Shown here: positions 1-12,986 of the stretch, piece by piece
Layout of the letters: each line of letters begins with the position of its first letter
Position numbering within the stretch: the first letter of the stretch is position 1
DNA from: Guillardia theta CCMP2712
Lineage: Eukaryota; Protista; Cryptophyta
Assembly: GCF_000315625.1 (NCBI RefSeq)
Contig: NW_005434618.1
Coordinates: 15,447-79,446 of the forward strand
DNA: 64,000 bases
Reading direction: 5' to 3'
Made by a program: the position numbers and the translations under genes
Notes under the pieces: generated by a model
The model's input: the letters and a program-made list of their open reading frames with translations, nothing else
What the model was told of the DNA's origin: nothing
The model's database searches: none

Positions 1-34
1 ACAACAACAACATTGACAACAACAACAACAACAG

Positions 35-88
<54 letters not shown>

Positions 89-123
89 TTGACAACAACA
101 ACAACAGACAACAACAACAACAA
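1..123. repeat. (AAC)n microsatellite, intronic in the IP3R-like gene
   Basis: Directly visible; lies after the GT donor at 150 on the minus strand. Confidence 0.9.
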
Positions 124-150
124 CCAGTAGGAGAGGAGAGGTCAGAATAC

Positions 151-901
151 CTGCAGGATGATGCCGAAGAGGACGATGAAGAGGAGGAAGAAGAGGGATC
201 GGAACTGCTCCCATGAACGAGAGTCAATGGAGGAAGAGACGTCGGGAAACTGCTGGAGGTCGTGCGCGAACATCTCATTGTCGTAGGAGAAGCCGCTCAA
301 TACCCAGATGGACATGCACTGAAATATGTGAGGAAGAGCGCAGAGCAGGAGAGGAGAGGAGAGGAGAGGAGAGGAGAGGAGAGAAAGATGAGGAGAGGAG
401 AGAAAAATGACCAGGGAGGAAGAGGAGATGAAGAGGAAGAGGAAGAGGAAGAGGAAGAGGAAGAGGAAGAGGAAGAGGAAGAGGAAGAGGAAGAGGAAGA
501 GGAAGAGGAAGAGGAAGAGGAAGAGGAAGAGGAAGAGGAGAGAGAGGGGACAGGACAGGGTAGGATGGTATGCACCTGCCATAGACTCTGACAACGAGGG
601 CGGCCGGACCAGGACAAGTCGCTGAAGTAGGAGAAGAAGAAGAGGGAGAAGAGAACAAGGACGACGAGGGAGAGGATAAAAGATGCCAGCAAGCGAACCC
701 AAGAAGAATGAACTGGCGGAAACACTGTGAGAAGACAGGGGGAAGAAACGAGCAGTCAAGAGAGGTTGGGGAGGAGGAGAGTTGGTGGGAGGGCAGGAAA
801 ACGGAGGGGGCGGACGAGCACGAACACGAGGACGAGGAGATGCAAAAGAGAAGGAGGAGGAGAAGGAGGCGGAGGGGGGCGGGAGCAGCAGCAGCAGCAG
901 C

Positions 902-939
<38 letters not shown>

Positions 940-1232
940 ATTTGAGGGGGTTTGACCTGCTCGGAGGAAGAATCTCCCAACGTTTGTGGAGCAGAAATCG
1001 ACGAGCTGAGCAGGGAGGAAGAGAGGAGAGTAAAACGCTCCTGCAGCAGGAAAGGATGAGATGTCGCTATGGGAAGTAAACACAAGGAAGGGGGAGGGGA
1101 AAGGGAGAGGAAAAGGAAGGTGCAGTAGGAGCAACAGCAGCAGCGGAAGTGCAGCAGCAGGAGGGAGAGGGAAGGGGAGTGAACAAGGGCAGAGACGGAA
1201 TAGACTGGTGCAGATGATAGATGAGGAGCAGG

Positions 1233-1280
<48 letters not shown>

Positions 1281-4200
1281 ACTTTCTCACCCATAGCAGC
1301 GAAGAAGCAGAGGAAAAGATGGTAAAAAGCAGAGAAATCCACGAGAATGGCAGAGATGAAGGTGGTTGGACTGAGCTCCAACTTCTGAAGAGAAGTTTTC
1401 TGATGCGAAAGAAGTCAGGTGTAAGGAAGGAGGGGAGGAGAGGTAGAGGAGGGGAGAGGACAGGAGGGAGGGAGGGAGGGAGGGAAGGGAGGGAGCGGCA
1501 ATGAGGGAGTAAGAGAGGGAGGGAGGGAGAGGAGAGGAGGAAGGGATAGGAGAGGAGGGAGGGAGGGAGGGAGAGGAGAGGAGGGAGGGAGAGGAGAGGA
1601 GGGAGGAAGGAAGGGAGGAAAAGCTGGTGGGATCGGCGTTATGAGGGAGGAGGGAGGAGGAGATGGGAGTACAGACTTTGAGTCCCTTCTGCTGCTTTTC
1701 TTCCTCCTCCTGCTCTCTACGACGATGATCCAAAACATCTGCGAAGCTGCTGGGCCAGAGGAAGGCGAAGTAGATTGTGGCAGAGGCAAAAGTTGCAAGC
1801 ATCTGCAAGATGCCGACGATCTGGAGGAGAACAAGTGAGCCTGAGAATAGCTTTGAAAGTACATCGTGCGATGAGATGAGCAAACAACTTCTACATGCAC
1901 ATCTTGTCAAGTTATGACTCTCTTCATATTTCATGTGAACAACAACACAAGTCATGTTCATCAGATCCACAGCACCTGTATGATGACCCGGAGAGCTGGC
2001 GCTTGTGCAAAAGCGTCGAAGAGGAGGGGAAATCGAGAATCATAGCGGCCGCCTGATGCAAGAAGCAAGTTGCCTGCAGATGCAATGCTGTGATGAAGAT
2101 GAAGCGAGGGAGGAGAGGAGGAGAGGAGGAGAGGAGGAGAGGAGGAGAGGAGGAGAGGAGGAGAGGAGGAGAGGAGGAGAGGAGGAGAGGAAAAGATGAA
2201 GAGAGGGGAGCATAGCAGAGCATTTACGAGCAAGATAACTAGGTAAAGAAACTGAAAGCAGGCAGAGACAAGTTGAGCAGGCGGAGCAGGAAGAAGCGAG
2301 AAGACGAGAGGAGAGGACACAAGGGTTGTCAGGGAGATCAATCTCACCTGCCTCCCAGCTTGTCATGTTGAACGTCAAGTTACGTTGGGCATTCGAAGGG
2401 TTTCCTGAATGTCAGGTGAGAACTGCCACGTCAGCAGCAAGGGCTTTGACCGTAGACGCCGAGGAGGAGGAGGAGGGAGAGGAGGGAGAGGAGCCTTGGG
2501 CAGGTTGCAGCGAGCTGACGGTGACGATACATGGAAGCGAGGAAAGGTATCCTGCTGCCTGTTCTGCTCGACCCCTGACACCTGCCATGGCTGAAACAAG
2601 TCCAGACCGCATAGCGCCAACAAATCCTCCTCCTGCTCGGAACATCAGGGAACATGATAAGAGAAGGAGGGAAGGAGAGGAGGGAGCGGCAATGAGGGAG
2701 TAAGAGAGGGAGGGAGGGAGGTTGTTACATCTCTTGGAACATCCTTGTCCTCGCTCCTTCTCCCATCAGTCTGTTCTCAACAAACTGCAGAAAGATGTCA
2801 GAGTAGACGAGGAGAAGCTTACATGGTTCTGCTCACGTTGTTGACGATGTTGCTCTTGTTCATTTCAATGTACTCTTCGATCTGTTGATCAGTGTAGAAA
2901 CGCACAACTCGAATCATGTTGCCTTGCCGAACTGCAATCGATCTGTAGGCCACGATCAGCACAAGCAGTGGACAAACACACCAACTTGGTCTTCTTGTTC
3001 ATCATCATCTCCATCATCATCATCATCATCATACCTGATATTTCTGGTCGATACATCAACATGATCCTTTTCTCTCCTCATGTTGAGATGGTCAACAACA
3101 TCCTCCATAGCAACGTGCGCCCGAACAAGATCCTGACTATGCTCGTCGAGAACTCCTGCTCCTGCTCCTGCTCGCTCCCTCGCTTCCTCCCACATTCTCC
3201 AGCTCGCAGAGAAATATCCAGCAACGTGTTCCACAGACACAGCTAGCATGTGATCAAACTCCTGCTGCCAATCTGCTTCCTCCCTTCCCCTCCCCACCAT
3301 CCCCCGCATCTCCAGCGCGCATGCAACGATCCTGTACACGTCGTCCCGAGCTCCCAGCAGCCTCTCCCTCCTCCTCCTTCCTCCCTCCTCCTCCCTGCAG
3401 AGGAGGGATAGTAAGACGACGTGCTCCATCAGCATTGGCAGCGCATTCTTCCGCAGCAGACACCCGCGAGCTCCCAGGGACAAGCTCAGCAGCATGTTGC
3501 AGATGGCCCGGGAGGCGTGATGGAGGCAGAGGAAGAGGTACCCCTCATCAGCCCTGTGCGAGGCCCCAACGTACCCCAGGAGGGTCAGGAGGAGATCGAT
3601 TATCTTTTCGAGCACAGAGCTCTTCCCCTCCCTCCTCGTGAACACCCCGATGATTCCTTCCTCTCCGCCTTCACATAAGCTGCCAGCGAGACGGAGGAGG
3701 AGGAGGAGACAACTTTGTTTCCCCAGCGCGGCGTCGATCCTGTCCCTCGCCAACATGCTCCGACCGCCCTGCCCCAGCATCTTCCTCCTCGAGTCGCCGA
3801 TGGAGCCTCTCTCCGGACGATCCGCAGGAGGAGGAGGAGAGGAAGAGAGGCGTTGGCAAGCATCCTCGTAGTCCTCCAGCATGGCGATGGCGCGGTCGAG
3901 GATCCTCAAGAACGACATGGCAACACCAGCAGCCGCTTCTCCTCCCTCTCCCTCCATCGCTCTCAGCACACGCGCCCTGCTCCTCCCGTTGCGCGTGGTG
4001 ATCGCGAACATCATCATCATCCCCACCCTGTTCGCTTCCTCGGCCAGACAAGAGACCAGCCTGACTGCAAGGACGGCAAACCCGCAGGCGACAAACTTCT
4101 CCTGCACCTCCTCTAGAGTCTCGTGGGACGGGGAGGTCTTAGGGAGGACTTCCATGCTGAGCATGCTGCTCCAGACTGTCTCCACGTGCTCCCTCCTCCT

Positions 4201-4954
4201 CCTGTCGAACCCTCGCACTTGCTCCGCATACGGCATGAAGCAAAGAGCACCTGCCAGCTCTGCCAGACTCCTCGACGTCGTCAAGGACGTCTGACATTCA
4301 TCGCTTCCGTGGACGAGCATGAAGATTGCATGCTCGGCGAGTTTCTTGACGAGGTCGAGGGAGTTGACGGTGCTCGCTATGACAGCAGCTGCTCCCTCCT
4401 GTACGTACATGCGATCTTTGTACAAGCTGATCTCCTTGCTCCTTGACAGCATCATTGCAACATTGCAAGCTCCGCTGTTGGACGGTCTTGCCGAGTCGAT
4501 CTCAACTTGGAGGGATCTGACCGGCAACGTGAACAGTCAGCAGAGAGAGGAGACAGTGGGACCAGGTACGAAGATTGAAGGAGACAACGAAAGATGTCAG
4601 AAGGAGAGATTGGTAGAGCGAGAAGAAGAACATCTCGATGTCTCGTATGAAGTATTTCTTCAGGTAGAACAAACATGACACAATTTTGGACAGTCATCAA
4701 CATCAGCAACAGCAGCAACAGCATCTTTACCTTGACAGTTGTGCATGGAAGAAAGAGAATCCGGTCTGCAGCAGCCTGTTCAAGTCGACAGTCTCGTCTT
4801 CCTCCTCGTTTGCCTCGTCGATATCTTTGAAGAAACTCATCATCTTCCTTTGCGCCACGTTGTTGGGAGTGAGCTCCTCCAGGCGATGAAACAACTTCCA
4901 GACAACCTGCAAGGTAGATTGATATGATGGATCGCTCTTCCTCATCGACGCTAT

Positions 4955-5007
<53 letters not shown>

Positions 5008-5094
5008 CCACCACCACCACCACCACCACCACCACCACCACCACCACCACCATCATCATCGTCATCGTCATCGTCGTCGTCGTCATCATCATCG

Positions 5095-5173
<79 letters not shown>

Positions 5174-7930
5174 ACCTTCCCATCTTTCAGTCGCAGTCTC
5201 GACGTCTTCAGTATCCTATGAACATCCTCTGTGAGATGTTCAATCAAGTGCTTGTCCACCAGGTCTGCATGGTAGCTACTGCTGGAGAGCAGCATCTGAA
5301 GGAACACAAACACGTTGTCAACCATGTACTCTTTCAGCTCCCTGAACGTCTTCTTCCCTTCTAGCTCATGGTCCTGCCAGTATTTCTCAGCTCGTCACCT
5401 CCGTCGGTCAGCTGGACTTGTCCTCACCTCCCTGCTGTGCTCTAGCACAGTGCAGAACTCTGAGACGTCTCGAGCAAGCAGCCCGATCAGCCCAGCTGCC
5501 TCCTCCCCATCCCCGTCCTCTCCCTCCTCCTCCCTCCTCTCTAGCTGGGGGATCTGCCGGGTGCTGCGGGAGGGGACGAAGCTCCAGAGCTTGTGCTGCT
5601 GCTTCTCCAGCTCCGCCACCAGCTTCGCCTGCTGGGTTCGCAGGTGGAGGACGGTGAGCAGGCGGAGGAAGGCAGCTCGGAGCTTCCTGGATACTGTAAG
5701 GGGGACCCGCGGGTCGACCCTGCCATTTCTCCAGCTCCCCCTCAGCAGAGTGTCCATGATGTAGTCGCAGGGCACGAAGGAGGAGACGCGGAGCTGGTTG
5801 ATCTGGTTGTCAAGCGCGCAGTCCGCCAGCAGCTGGACCAGGGAGATGTGCGCGGCAAGTTTACCGCCGCCCCCGTCGCCGCTTCCCAGCTCGCCCTCCT
5901 CCCTCGCCGCCACCATCAGGTCGATCCTCTCCTCCCACTCCACGTCGCTCGACCCCAGCAGAGGCGCCACGTGCTGCATCCTTAGCAGCGTGTCCAGTAC
6001 CCGGTCCTGCATCCTCCTGACCGGCTCCCCAGCTACGACCAGCAGGTGCCGAGCTGCCTCCAACCAGGATGCCTTCCTGTACCCGAACCTCTGCAGCAGC
6101 CCCAGCACGGCCCCTAGCACACGCTCCCCCTCCCTCTCCACTACTTCCGCATGCTCCCCACAGATAGCAGCGAGCGAGGAAGGTGCGTCGATCCCAGCGA
6201 GGCCGATGTGGCTGAGGACGAGATGGAGGTGGTCAGCGAAGAACTCCTGGGCTAGAGGGAAACCCCAGCAGAGCCCCTGCAGGAAGAGATGCGAGCGCCG
6301 GAGGAGCTCTCGAAGGTCTGGGTCAGAGCAGGTGTCCAGCTCGAGCGGATCGTTGGAGCGGATGCGGCGGAAGGGGAGGGAGAGGAGGAGGAGGAGAAGC
6401 CGATGGGTGTCGGTCTTGAAGAAGAGGAGCTGGAGGAGGCGGACTTCCTCCTCCAGCTGGGGCCCACCATGACGATGGACAGAGAGCATGACGGTCCAGT
6501 CCTCGAGGATGCGCTTGCAGGTAGTGGTGGCGTCGAGGCGGAGGAGGGGAACGTCGGAGGAGAGGAAGGGAGCGGCTCTGCGGAAGTGAAAGATGCTGCT
6601 CCTGACGTCGAAGAACCTCCTGGCGAGCTTGAGGTCGACGATGAAGAAGGTGGAGGCAAGAGCTGTGGGGCAGTGAGAAGGGGAGGAAGTCAAGGAGGGA
6701 ACAGAGCGAATGAGGAGGAGGAGGAGGAGGAGGAGGAGGAGGAGAGGCAAGGACACGGAGGGGGAGGGAGAAGAGGAGGGAGGGAGGGCGAGGACAGAGG
6801 AGGAGGAGAACGACTCACCCCGTGAGAAGCTCTCTCTCATGCTCTCAAACTTGAGGAGGAGGCGGAGCGAGCAGTCGACGAGGATGCCATCCTGATACCT
6901 GAGAAGGTCGAGGAGGATGCTCGTGTAGCGACCATGCAGGCTCGCTGAAACCTGAGGGACAAGTGAGGAGCAGGACGAGCTTGAGGAGAAGGAGGAGGAG
7001 GAGGAGGAGGAGAAGCAAGATGCAAATTAGTTCTCACCTGTTCCGCCACCTCCTCCACTTCACTAGCCCCCCACAGAGGACTCTCCTCCCACGCTCGCAT
7101 GTCCCGCGCGTACCTCAGCTGCACATTCATTTCTTCCTTCCCCGACACGGCCTTCAACGCCTTGGAGGAGGGAGGAGGAGCGGGAGGAGCGCGCGGGACC
7201 ACCGACTCGAAGTCTCCCTCCCCCAGCACAGGCGCGTCAGGCCCCAGCTGGAACAGAGCAGGAGCGATGCGAGCTTGAACGAGATCCTGAGTAGAGGTCA
7301 GTCGCCGCCTTCTGCTACTTGAAAGTCACCTCCCAGGTCCTGAAGGCCGAGCTGAGGAGCAGCTGGAGTCTGCAGTCGAGGAGGAAGGAGAGGATCTCGC
7401 AGCAGACGATCTTGAGGTCCCAGCAGGGGAAGTTGTTAGAGGAGGGGAACAGCCTCGCTGCCTCCAAGAGCTGCTGAGTGGCTTGCTCCTGCTGCTCTAG
7501 ACCGTCAGCCCCCAGCCCAACTCACCTTCTCCCATTCCTGAGCCATCGACCCTGCTGCTCTGCCAATCCCTCCTGTTCTTCTCTTGCTCTTCCATCTTCT
7601 TTCTCTCTTGCTCGACTACCTCCTTCCTCATAACCTTCCTAATCCTCACAAGCACTTTCTCTTGACTCCAACTCCTTGTCTCCTCTGCGTCTCCGAACCG
7701 ACTCCTTCCTCCTTCCTCCTCGCCATTTTCACCTCAGCTGGTAGCTCGAATGGCAGCTGGTCTGTCCTGCCGTCCAGAAGGTCAAGTGTGATGCTCTCGA
7801 GCTGCACGAGCTTCGCCTCCTCCATCTCCTCCCTCCTCCCCGACTCCTCGTATTTGTGAAAGCAGCCGACGGTGAGCATGCGCAGACAGAGGTCGGCCAA
7901 TCTGATGAGGCATGTAAGAGAGGAAACGTG

Positions 7931-7963
<33 letters not shown>

Positions 7964-10900
7964 AAGACGAACAACGAAGAACGCAATGAAAAGGACTGAA
8001 AGGAGGAAAATGAGGAGCCAGAGATTGCTGGAGGCAACATGAGGAAAAGAGGGCTGGTAGACAGGAAACCATCGCAAGTACCTCCTCCCCCTCCCCCTTC
8101 ACCTCCTCCCCCTCCCCCTCCCCTTCTCCCCCGCCCCCTCCTCCTCCTCCTCCTCTTTCACCTCTGGGTGTAGATAGTCTTCCCGCTCAGCTCTATCTGG
8201 ACGTTGGAGCACTTCTTCATCGTTGTGACCACGTGCTCCCGCAGCTCCCGCAGGTTCGACGGGAGGTTGTGATCGATCTGGTTTGACACCCTCCAGTCAA
8301 CGGCTGTCAAACTTTCCAACGCCTCTCACCGCGTCCTCCTTCCTCGCTCGGAACTTCTCCTCGTTGGCAAGAGTCTCGTGGAGCTGCAGGTGAAGGTCAG
8401 GCCCAGCTCGCTCCCAGCTCGCAGCTATCACCCTCGTCCAGGTCCGGACCAGCTGGACTGAGTCGACGGGGTGGTGAGGGTGCTTGTCTACGTAGAGGGA
8501 GCAGAGGAGGTTGGACGCGAGGGCACGGAGGATCCAGGGGAAGGCCTCATGCTTGACCACGAACAGCAGGTCGTTGTAGGAGCACGCGAAGTGCTCTTGC
8601 TCCTGCTCGAAAAAGTCTGCGGCGAGTTTGTGGCGGCCGTAGACGACAGCAGCCATGAGCTCAAGCATGCAGAGGTAGTACTGGAAGGACTTGACCTGCG
8701 CGGGGTGAGAGAGGTGGGAGAAGGGAAGAGGGGTTGACCTGTTCGTCCTGGGAAGCTTTGTAGTCCTGGAGTGAAGGTGAGCGGAAGAAAAGAAGGAATG
8801 TGGAGGAGAGGAAGAGGAAGAGGAAGACCAGGTGGGTAAGGGAGATGGACGTCGAAAGCGAAGAGTCCCAAAGTTAAGACTTGAGATGACAGCTGGTTGG
8901 GGCAGGGGAGAAGGGAAGAGAAGGAAGGAGAAGATGAGGTAGAACTCAAGGAGAGGAGCTGAGGAGGAAGGAGAAGTGTCTCACATGTAGGAGATCGTCG
9001 TGATGGGAGAACATGGACAGACAGGACACGCTCTGCCTTTCTCCTCCTCCTCCCTCCAGCTGGACTATCAGGTCGGCTGTGAACGGGTCGCTCTCTAGAG
9101 TCGGGAGGACGTGCCGCGAGCTACAGGTCAGCTCTCTCCCGGCCTGGAACACGAGCCGCAGCACCCGCTCCTGGTTCCTCCTGATAGGCTGCCCGCTGCC
9201 TGACAGGCAAGAGGCCGATAGAAGCATCAGGATCCCTGGGGACCTCTCCTGTTTCAACATTGAGACGCAGGAGGAGAAGAAATCGTCCCGCAGCTCGCCC
9301 ACCACCTCCTCTCCCCCCCGGCAGAACTCCAGCAGGCACTCGAGCGCGAAGATGTCGTAGTTGCAGGTCATGAGGGCAGTATGGGCATGACGGATCATGG
9401 CCTTTCTAGTCCCATCGTTACCCCGCATTATCATCATCACAACCTCATAGCTTCTCCTCCCGTACTCCATCAGCGTCTTCCCTATGTGCGTGCTCTCCAT
9501 CACCTCGACTGGGAACCTGAGCCGCGTGAAGATGGACTGTAGCATGCCGAAGCATACCTCCAGGAACCCCATCCTCCTCAGCACGTTCTGCAACCGTACA
9601 AACGCCACTGGAGGGACAGTGCGGACGACCCCAGCTCCGCTCGCTGCCCCCCTCCGAAGAGACCCCCGTCCTCCTCCTACTCCTCCACGAAACGCTGTTC
9701 CCCCCTCCACCTCGTTCCAGTACTCCTCCCTGTCGTGCATGCGCGCATAGTCAAACGAGCCCAGGGAGGCACGCAAGCGGTTCAGCAGCTCCTGCACCAG
9801 CAGCGAGTTCCAGGGGAGCAGGTCATACAATGCTTCCGTCACGGCATGGTGTTGAATCGAGCTCGCCGTTGACTGCCTGTCGCTCCCCCGCGTGCCGATC
9901 CTCCCGAAGTCGTACGGGCTGACCTGGAGGAGCTTCTTTGACGACTCTTCCACCGCAAGCACGATCCCCGCCATGTCCATCACGTCACGGCTGAATCGCT
10001 CGTCCACCACCCGCACCTTCAAGGCGTCTTGGAGCTGCGACGTGCCCACTGTTCCGGTAAGAAGGGACTTGCTCTGACTCTCCTCGGACCTCTCGCGGCT
10101 GCTGAGGAAGAGGAGAGGAGGAGGGTCTGTCGCCCCCCCGCCCGGCACGGGCCAGCTAGATAGGCAAAGGAGATCGCGCAGATCCAAGGGCTCACTGTTG
10201 TCGAACGCCTGCCCTGTGTATCGGCTCATTGTCCGCAGCAGGAACAGGCAGCTGGGATCCAGGTGGCCCTCCCTGACGACCTCGCGGGCCCCGGAGACGC
10301 AGGCACGGTCGAGGTCCCAGCGGAGGAAGAGGCCGTTGCAGGCGTCGCGAAGGAGGACGGGGCCGGAGTGATTGGTGAGGTGGAGCCGGCAGTCTAGCAA
10401 GTGCACAGGAAGGACCTGGAACATGCCCCGGCCTGCGGAAGGAAGTCAGGGGAGGCAAGGAAAGTCAGGGGAGGCAAGGAGAGACTTGGCAACACCCTCA
10501 CCTGCATCGTTCATCTCCCCCCTGCCTGCTGCCCAGCTCGCTGTCCCTCCGGGAGACTTTTGAGGCTCATCTTGGGTGTGCTCGATCACAAGGGTCAAGT
10601 CGTCTTGGTTGCGAGCTAGCTCCACCACATCCCAGGCATACAGGAAGTTGGGCTGAAAGCTCTTGTCCTCCATGGATGCCCGAGACATCCGCTCCTTCCT
10701 CGTATGAGACAGCTGCAGTACTGTCACCCGCATCGCTTCCTGCGGCTCCGGCCCCAGGAACACATGCTCGATCTCGTCGAACAGCTCGGTCAGCTCGTAC
10801 TCCTCCTCCCCATGCCTGAGGCTGTCGAGGATCTTGGAGTGAGGCTGTCCAGCATTGATGAAGTACTTGGGGATGGTAACACTCTGGAAGACGAGCACGC

Positions 10901-11432
10901 TATCGTGCACCAGGACGTCTCCTCGCCTCATGTTCTTGCCATGTGGGCACACCACAAAGCAGGACGCCGTGCTCGGGTCCTGCTGGAGCCGGATGCATAT
11001 CCCCTTTCCATCCTTGGTCGGCTCCTTGGTTGCAGATAGAAAGCCCTGAGACCAGCTGTTGTACAACTGAACTTGGTCGCCATACCTCACTGCTGACCCG
11101 AACCATAACTCGTTCTTCACATCTGCCAGGCGCCTCCTCGTTTCAATCTGTGTGGGATCGAGCGCAGTTCTCTCCTCCTTTTCCTCCTCCTTCGTCCCGT
11201 GAGCGAGCTGCTTCGGGCAAACGAGAAACACACACTCGTGCACCCCGGGATAGCAAACAGGCCAATCCGCTGCCCTTCCTCCCTCAGCAAACACATCGTG
11301 CCCGATGGACATGGAGCATCGCAGCCGAGACGATGACGTAGCAAACTGTAGGAGGATCTCGTCCCCATAGTGCACAGACGTCGCTCCTTGCTCTCCTCCT
11401 CCTCCTCCCTCCCGAACGCCTTCAGCTGCCAT
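151..11432 (-). CDS. Inositol 1,4,5-trisphosphate/ryanodine receptor-like intracellular Ca2+ channel; multi-exon, 3' end runs off the left edge of the window
   Basis: N-terminal exon (ATG 11432) has IP3R suppressor/MIR-like beta-trefoil motifs (SVHYGDEILLQF; AVRYGDQVQLYNSWSQGFLSAT..IRLQQDPSTASCFVVCP). Armadillo/RIH-like exons follow (LRALASNLLCSLYVD..P). Channel exons near the left end: FYSPLFLPAQLVDF (~960-1060), CQSLWQ|CMSIWVL (576-621, 151-318) and S6-like RSLFFLLFIVLFGIILQ. Not all exon boundaries were resolved. Confidence 0.8.
430..540. repeat. (GAGGAA)n microsatellite, intronic
   Basis: Directly visible, between exons 151-318 and 576-621. Confidence 0.9.
4956..5171. repeat. Compound (CAT)n/(CAC)n/(CGT)n microsatellite filling an IP3R intron
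   Basis: Directly visible. Flanking exons ...RLKDGK| and |VVWKLFHRLEEL join in phase 0. Confidence 0.9.
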
Positions 11433-12986
11433 ACAAGCTTCCAACCGTCCAGTCAACAGGCTGAAAATCTACAAAGCTAATTCAATTTCAACTGCTGAGG
11501 CCCGCCCGCACCCGGCCCGGGCCGTCGTGACGCCCGGCCTCAGCGGCGGGCCAACCGTTGAACTTACTAAGTTAGTTGGGGGGGGGCGGGGCCGCGCAGC
11601 ACGGGCCCGGGCCGGCGGGCCGGCGCCTGACCCGGCCGCGGGCGCCCGGTGGGCGGGCCGGGGAAGCCCGGGCTGACCGTACTCTCCGGGCCGAGGCTCG
11701 GATCGGCCGGGCCGTAACCGTGACCGACCGGCGGTGGCCGCAGCAGTCCGGGTCGTGGCGGCGGCCCGATACCGGGGGACCGGCGATCAGTGAGTCATGA
11801 GCCCGGCGTCGGATGGCGGCGGCACCGGGCGCGGCGCCGCCCGGGCCCGGCCGCAGTAATACGGTATGGCAGTGCGGCCCGCCGCCCGCATAGCCAGGCT
11901 GATCATGCGGCCGGCAGTGCCCGGCCCGGGGGGCGCCCGCGTGCCCGAGCGGCATCCGAGGAGCCCGTGCAACTGAACTTCGGAAAACTGTAGGCGGCCC
12001 TCCCCGCCCGGTCCGTCGCCGGAGTCGTCACTCAGGTGGGCCCGACCGTCCATGAGCGCGGCGGCTTCCGAAGTTTGGAATTACTAAGTTTAATTAAGGA
12101 ATTAAGTTTTTGGCCAGTTGTGTTTACTCAAAGTTAAGTTAAAAATCAGTACGAGGACAATCAGGATCTTCACTTACTAATAATTTCGCGCAGGACCATC
12201 GGAGAGTCCCGGGGGGCCCCGGCGCCATGCCACCACAGCAAGCGCAACGGTGGTGACTAGTTACAGTGACCACCCCCCCGCACCCTCAAACTTCGCCTTC
12301 ACGGGACCCCTCCGAGCGCCTTCTTGACTACCTGACAGTCAGCTAACCCCGCGAATTTCTTTTTACCGACTCGGTTGGGACGTAGCAGCAACAGTACCGG
12401 TACTACCACCAGATAGCCCCCTGCTAGTACCCCCACTACCCCCCGCCAAGACTTACGACCCTCCCCCTGATTTACTGCTGAGGACGGATGCGACCCTTCC
12501 ATGCCAGAGGTGAACAATCGACATCCGGCGGCTGACCCCTGGGGGTCTTGAGAAGGAGGACAGGGGGGTGGGGTCGACCAGGGTCTGGGTCCGTATTGAA
12601 GTTACTCTTAAAAGGGGGGTAGGGGTAGGGGGTGTACATTGTACGGCAGCAAACGCGGTAAAAGTTTCTTCTCCCTTCCGCCTATGTCCGTCCCTACCCC
12701 CCATTCTTACCATGACCACCCACCCTTTGCAGTGCGTATGTACTTATTTGCATTCCCCCAACTGCGTTTCGCATCTGTAGTAGTACTTCACCCGTGCTGG
12801 CCCTGCTTCGCCCGTGCTTGCCGCTCCTGCCCTCCTCTTCCTCCCTCGAACATCTTGCAATCCTTCTCTCCCATAGACTCTCTCGCTCGCTCTCTCCGAT
12901 TCTTCCCTTGCTCCTGACCCTGCCCTGCTCCCACGAAAAAAACAACATCTTGAACACTTTTCACTCCCACAAGGCACTCTGTAGAC

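Noticed and set aside
13-2378. Many overlapping poly-E/R/L/S ORFs
   Set aside because: Translations of intronic microsatellites of the IP3R-like gene.
11572-12053. Ala/Arg/Gly/Pro-rich ORFs in GC islands (also ~15.0-15.5, 26.1-26.5 and 28.1-28.4 kb)
   Set aside because: Stop-poor because of extreme GC content; no domain-like sequence.
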